Assembly (NCBI GenBank): GCA_965637545.1
Contig: OZ281496.1
Span: forward strand, 20,770,001 to 20,834,000
Source of the DNA: Phallusia mammillata
Taxonomy: Eukaryota
Length of the DNA stretch: 64,000 nucleotides
Direction of reading: 5' to 3'
Shown: positions 59,238 to 64,000 of the stretch, one piece after another
How the letters are laid out: every line of letters starts with the position of its first letter
Position numbering within the stretch: the first letter of the stretch is position 1
Made by a program: the position numbers and the translations under genes
Notes under the pieces: model-generated
What the model saw: the letters and a program-made list of their open reading frames with translations, nothing else
Databases searched by the model: none
What the model was told of the DNA's origin: nothing

Positions 59238-61016
59238 GTCTACTGTATACCATGAAACGTTAAGTATGAAAGAATCAAAGTGGCGAAGTGCAGGTTAACG
59301 CACAATGTGAGGTTATTGTTTCGGTTTGCAGTGTGTGTGTGTGCGCGCGCAACAGTACCCTATTGATGTGTCATAATACGTGCGAAACAAAGAAACAAAA
59401 ATCAAAGGAAACACAATGTTCAATGCTACAATCGTAGGCGCCGAACAGGCGGTGGCGGGGTGGCACCGCATCCTTGGATTTTTCAAGCAACGTGGCTGCC
59501 ACCCTGGATATTTTGGTTTGTTTGTAGCGGTATGGTTCAAAACATCGTAAAATCTGATGAAACTCAGAAACGATTTTGCTTTTAAACAAGCGTGCGGCTA
59601 AAAACTCCGACCTGTTTTGCTTAGCACCTTGTTTATGACGCCAAACACACAATTGTTGCCAGTCAATGTTTAGCCATTATTGTGTACACTGCATTTGTAC
59701 TGCAACAAATGGTTATTTTAGGTGATACAAAGAAACAGCAACGTGACGAAACATTTTTAAACGTTGCTAAACCAATGCTTCAGCAAAGTATATTATCTCT
59801 AAAATTCCTTAATATGCAAGAAACTGACTAACAACAAAAATCGACGTTTTTGCAGTGGGATTTCATTTCAAATTTCAAAACGGCTTTGTGGCTCCCAGCG
59901 TTTTTTACCATGTCCTTGTGTAACAAGTTCCAATTGCTCTTAGAGTGGTAAAGGTTGGCGACCCCTGCCTTATAGGCTGATTAGATGGTTTAACCTTTAA
60001 TGTACTTCTTAAACTATTTTTTTTTCACAAACAGTTATTTCTTGTCAACAATGACTTACAGAAGTAAAATAAAGTATATATTAGTCGCTAAATAGCTTAC
60101 CTAGGAATGTAAAATTGACAGACTTGTTTGCATTTAGTGGTGTACATGGTTGTAAACACGTTATTCGAAAATGATTTTTATACTAAAACTTACTGTTTTA
60201 CAACTATGCCCAAACAGTCTGCAGTAAATATTGGTATTTTTTGCAGGTACTGCTAATTCGTTTTTGACAGTTAAAACTATTATTGTTACGCCTTTTTTCA
60301 GTTCTGCTGCAACAACGGGCTGTCAGTTCCCAAATTAACTTGATAAAATATTAAAACAGTAAAACGATAAACGCGCAAGCAGCTTAGACAGTCGCGACAG
60401 AACCACCGCTCATCTCCAACTCCATAACTTCCGGCTTCTCAGCTGCGTGAGGCCACGTCTCCTCGACAATTCGTTACAGCGAAACGACATAGAAATATAT
60501 TATGACGTCAAATGATGGTGACAAAATAAAAATTTAACACACTTGTAAGCTAATAAACGATATGTACTTATGTCGTATTACACAGCAACGAATTGAAACA
60601 AAACGAGCGTGAGGGAATCAAAACAAATGTGCAACAAAACAAACCAACCTATTTCGAACTTTGAATGTTAGGCGACATAACTAAGGTGACAACAATGTAA
60701 AGTCAAGCATATGAATGGTAACACATCAGAATACTATCTGTAACAAAGATAATATTCGCAGAACAAGTGAAAATACAACGTTCCCGTTAAAACTGTGTGA
60801 TAACACAACGGCAATTGTTTTGTGAAACACACAACAAAGCAATGACATAGAGTATCTATCATTACGTTTGTGTCAAGTATAGCAGCACACATGTATGGCG
60901 CTTAATCAATACCCGACACGAATAATTTGTTCAACCATTAAAGTTTTTAGACTTTTTTTTGTAAGTCGTTATCGCAGGGTTCTAGACCGTTTGCAGTTTT
61001 GGGGTGACAGTATGGG

Positions 61017-61336
61017 CAGAGTTGTAAACGGGCCTGAAATTGGTGCCCGAACCCGGCCCGAACCCCAAAGTACGAGCCCGAAACCCGGTCCGAGCCTGAA
61101 TCGTTTTTGAGAAGCCTGTTAAGGCCCGAAAGTTTGATTGACAGTCCTATACATTGGAGCTTTAGAAAAGACCAAGAAAGCCAACACATTAGATTTTTTA
61201 TCTCGAACAAGGCCTTTAAGGGCTGCTAGTTAATTTTTTTTAATAAAATACTGACGCAAAATGTAAAGTCAGGTCCGAATCAGGCCCGTTTTTTTGAAAA
61301 AATCCAAGCCCGAACCCGGCCCGACATACAACTCTG
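61017..61336. mobile_element. Older, inverted copy of the 14878 hAT MITE family
   Basis: CAGAGTTGTA ... TACAACTCTG ends and CCCGAACCCGG repeats; TSD not retained. Confidence 0.75.
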
Positions 61337-61798
61337 TCGAGCGGTAACACAATTGTAATTTTGATATGTTTATTAAGACAAAACAAAAACAATTCGCGAA
61401 ATAAATATATTGCGGTAAAGAAGTACATAAAAACGGGTGAAAATACTGATATGTAAAAACATCTTATTTTCAAAAAAGAGGGCAAGGACATGTGTGTTTA
61501 GCACAATGTTTAAACAACCTGAGTTTGAGCAAAAATCATCTCTCGGCCAGTTTGCTACGTTTAAAGCATCTGGTCGATCACGTGACTAATTACATCACGT
61601 GATGATGAACTCGCACGTTGATTGGCTGCGACCGAAATCACGTTAAAAGCCTCAACGGCGAGTAAACAAATCAAGCAAGGAAAATAAAATCGCAACAAAG
61701 TATGCCATACGGAACTTATAAACGGCTGATGGCAAATCAAAGTAAATTACTGGTAAATATTTGATGGAGTAGAAACATTAATAGTTTGGAGTGGTTAT

Positions 61799-63932
61799 TT
61801 ATCTGCAGATGGCGCCGGGCAAGATGCCAGTTCTGGGATCCACTTTGCTGTTGCAGGTGCACACAACTGATCCAGAACAGGTGGTTTCCCAGTCACCCTC
61901 GTGGTCTCGGGGTCTGGGACACAATGCAATACATGGTCCTCCACATCTTGGGGAGTCGGTTCGATCATTGCATTGACATTTGGATACTTGGGAGTTTCCC
62001 TGTTCACCCTGACAAGCCCCGTTCAAACACAAAGCATCGCAGCGACCTAAAAAATTGAATAATTAAAAAAATTAAAATATTAAATTTTTTTGGTATGCTT
62101 TGAGGGTAAACATTTGTTGGCCATAAACATTTAGCTAGTTAATTGGCCGATAAAAGATAAATTTGCACGAGGCCACAAACATCAATTACAATTACACGTT
62201 CCAGAACTTATCTGTGGGTAAATGTAAAACTATAAGTAATGCTCTTTGATATGTTACCTTCATGGGGCATTGGAATGTTGTCCATGAAAAAGCCAGGCAC
62301 GTTTCCCATTTCTCGGTAGTGAGCAACAGCGTAAAAGTTGTCGCCTACTTTGCGAATCGCACAACCAACACGGGTGGTGTCTTTCCACATCATCTGGGTG
62401 AATTGCTCTGCAAGATCAAAGTGGTTAATGTGGTGTCTAGTAAAATTAACAAAGAATGGAAGAGATTGTAATAGTAACAAAATCAGTCCATAAATGTCGT
62501 GGAATATAAATATTTCGCCTAAAAGCATCTTCAGTTCCTTATTCGAGTAGAAAACTGATCATATTTATTAGACTGGAGATGCGTATTAATTAGACTGGTA
62601 TGATAAACTGGAGTTTTCTATTTACCTGTTTCAGGTGTGGCTTGCTCGTTGTTGTAATCGTACAGCATACCCTCGGAATACCATTCGGTAACAGCTTGAC
62701 CTAAAGAGTAACGGTTGTTCTGGGCATGTTTCATGGCCAAGTTTTCTCCGACGTTGCTACCTCGGTCCAAGCCTAAAATACAGGAGAAATCAAAGAAACA
62801 GAACTAAAGGAAACATTTTTACAAGAGCTTATTTAAGGCGGCTTTAAACACAATACATTTTGTTGAATAAGATATAACTTGAAATATTTACTGATAGTAG
62901 ATGATTTTAGATATCCGATGCTAGCAAGCTTGTTGGCATAAAGTTGAGCGCTTCGTTGCAGAGAACTGTCGTACTGCAGTTTTCCAACTCCGTGCAGACA
63001 ACGATAATAGTTGTGTGCGTTCAAACATTGCTGAGCCTGAGACACGCCCTGGAGTTCAGGTTCTTCACAAGTTTGCAGAACATCTATAAAATCACACAAA
63101 GAGGATGGTTCAGTTTACGAAAAAACAACAACAAATGGTCACATTCTATTACCCCATGCATTTGTGTATAAAAGTAAACATTTGCTCGTCAAAACTAAGT
63201 GTCTATAGTTGCGTTTAAACAAGAACCAGATGAAAAATCAGCTTACTGTCTGGTCGTTTTGTCTCGGGACGTCTGGTAGTTGCTGGTCGTCGAGTAGCAG
63301 CTGGTCTTCTGGTTGCAGCTGGTCTTCTGGTTGCTGCTGGTCGTTGAGTGGCTGGCAATGGTTTTCTGGTTGCTGGAAGGTATGCTGGTGATTTGTGAAC
63401 AGGTGGTTGTCCGCATGATTTACAGATGCCACAAGATTTTTTACAGCTTCCGCTCATGTATTCGTAATGAATGGAGTGCACACCACAATGACCTTCTCCT
63501 TTCCAGTAGTGACAATGTTCTCCTTCATCTTTGCAATCTACATTGAAGAATAAATGAGAGTTTGCGATCATTTTTTCATTTTGCATACATTGACTAAACC
63601 ACGTGTGCTTACTATTCTCCTATGTTACGAGAGGCAATATACATTAAAACATATTGTCAAGCCAGAAAACCAAATCATTTCTGCTACTTTTGGTGATACT
63701 ACGTAAGACTCTATCAGCGTTTGTGTAGCGCCTGCTTTAATTTGCAAAGATCAGTAACTAATACCTTTGTCACATTCGTTTTTGATAGGCACCGGCAAAG
63801 AGCAAGGGGCACACACATGACAAGATTTCGGGCAAAGATTTCTGATGTAACCGCTCCAGTCGTTTTCATGGCAAAACCTTGGCGCGAAAAACGCCGGGCA
63901 GAGTTTGTTATGGTCAACACAGGTGTCGTTTT
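61799..63932 (-). CDS. Gene E: ShK-CAP-Cys12 protein, 5' part outside the window
   Basis: Exons (minus) 63932-63765, 63537-63247, 63083-62892, 62772-62626, 62407-62258, 62046-61799. CPKSCHVC, CKKSCGIC, (PAATRR)n linker, AHNYYRCLH, VGENLAM, EQFTQMMW, C-terminal 12-Cys exon ending GAICR. Confidence 0.9.
63255..63375 (-). repeat. Coding 18-bp repeat (PAATRR)n in the gene E linker
   Basis: Plus strand (TGGTCTTCTGGTTGCAGC)-like units; translation PATQRPAATRRPAATRRPAATRRPATTRRP. Confidence 0.85.
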
Positions 63933-64000
63933 CTACAGGAAATAAATATTTTTTGTTAGCGTACAGACAAATAGAACTTTCGTTTTTGATTTTTATGAAA

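Larger units (their letters stand above)
58623..59967. mobile_element. Non-autonomous hAT element related to the 38178 family, hosting two nested MITEs
   Basis: Ends CAGGGGTCGCC / GGCGACCCCTG, 8-bp TSD CCTTATAG. Confidence 0.88.

Overview
AT-rich animal genomic DNA with many short GT-AG introns. The gene content and mosaic CpG depletion suggest an invertebrate chordate such as an ascidian, but that is inference. (1) 822-16913 (+): a 12-exon alkaline phosphatase. A 9-kb intron carries a very young BEL/Pao LTR retrotransposon (identical 721-bp LTRs, CTCAC TSD), and the predicted C-termini lack a GPI signal. (2) 17.5-64 kb: five paralogous genes plus one chimeric relic, encoding secreted proteins built as signal peptide, three ShK-like domains, Pro/Thr linker, GAPR-1-like CAP/SCP domain and an unrecognised 12-Cys C-terminal module. 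All their introns are phase 1, and gene E runs off the window. (3) A second, divergent BEL/Pao element (38551-46231) nested in a hAT element. (4) Further nested DNA transposons (hAT, a 3-kb MULE-like element, a DDE-deleted Tigger/pogo derivative) and one tRNA-Thr(AGT). The best candidates for undescribed biology are two. First, both BEL/Pao elements share a non-coding design: no tRNA primer-binding site but an AAG-led hairpin array in its place, and two intron-like GT-AG units in every LTR. Second, the ShK3-CAP-Cys12 secreted protein family. All exon structures and alignments were read by eye; no database searches were run.
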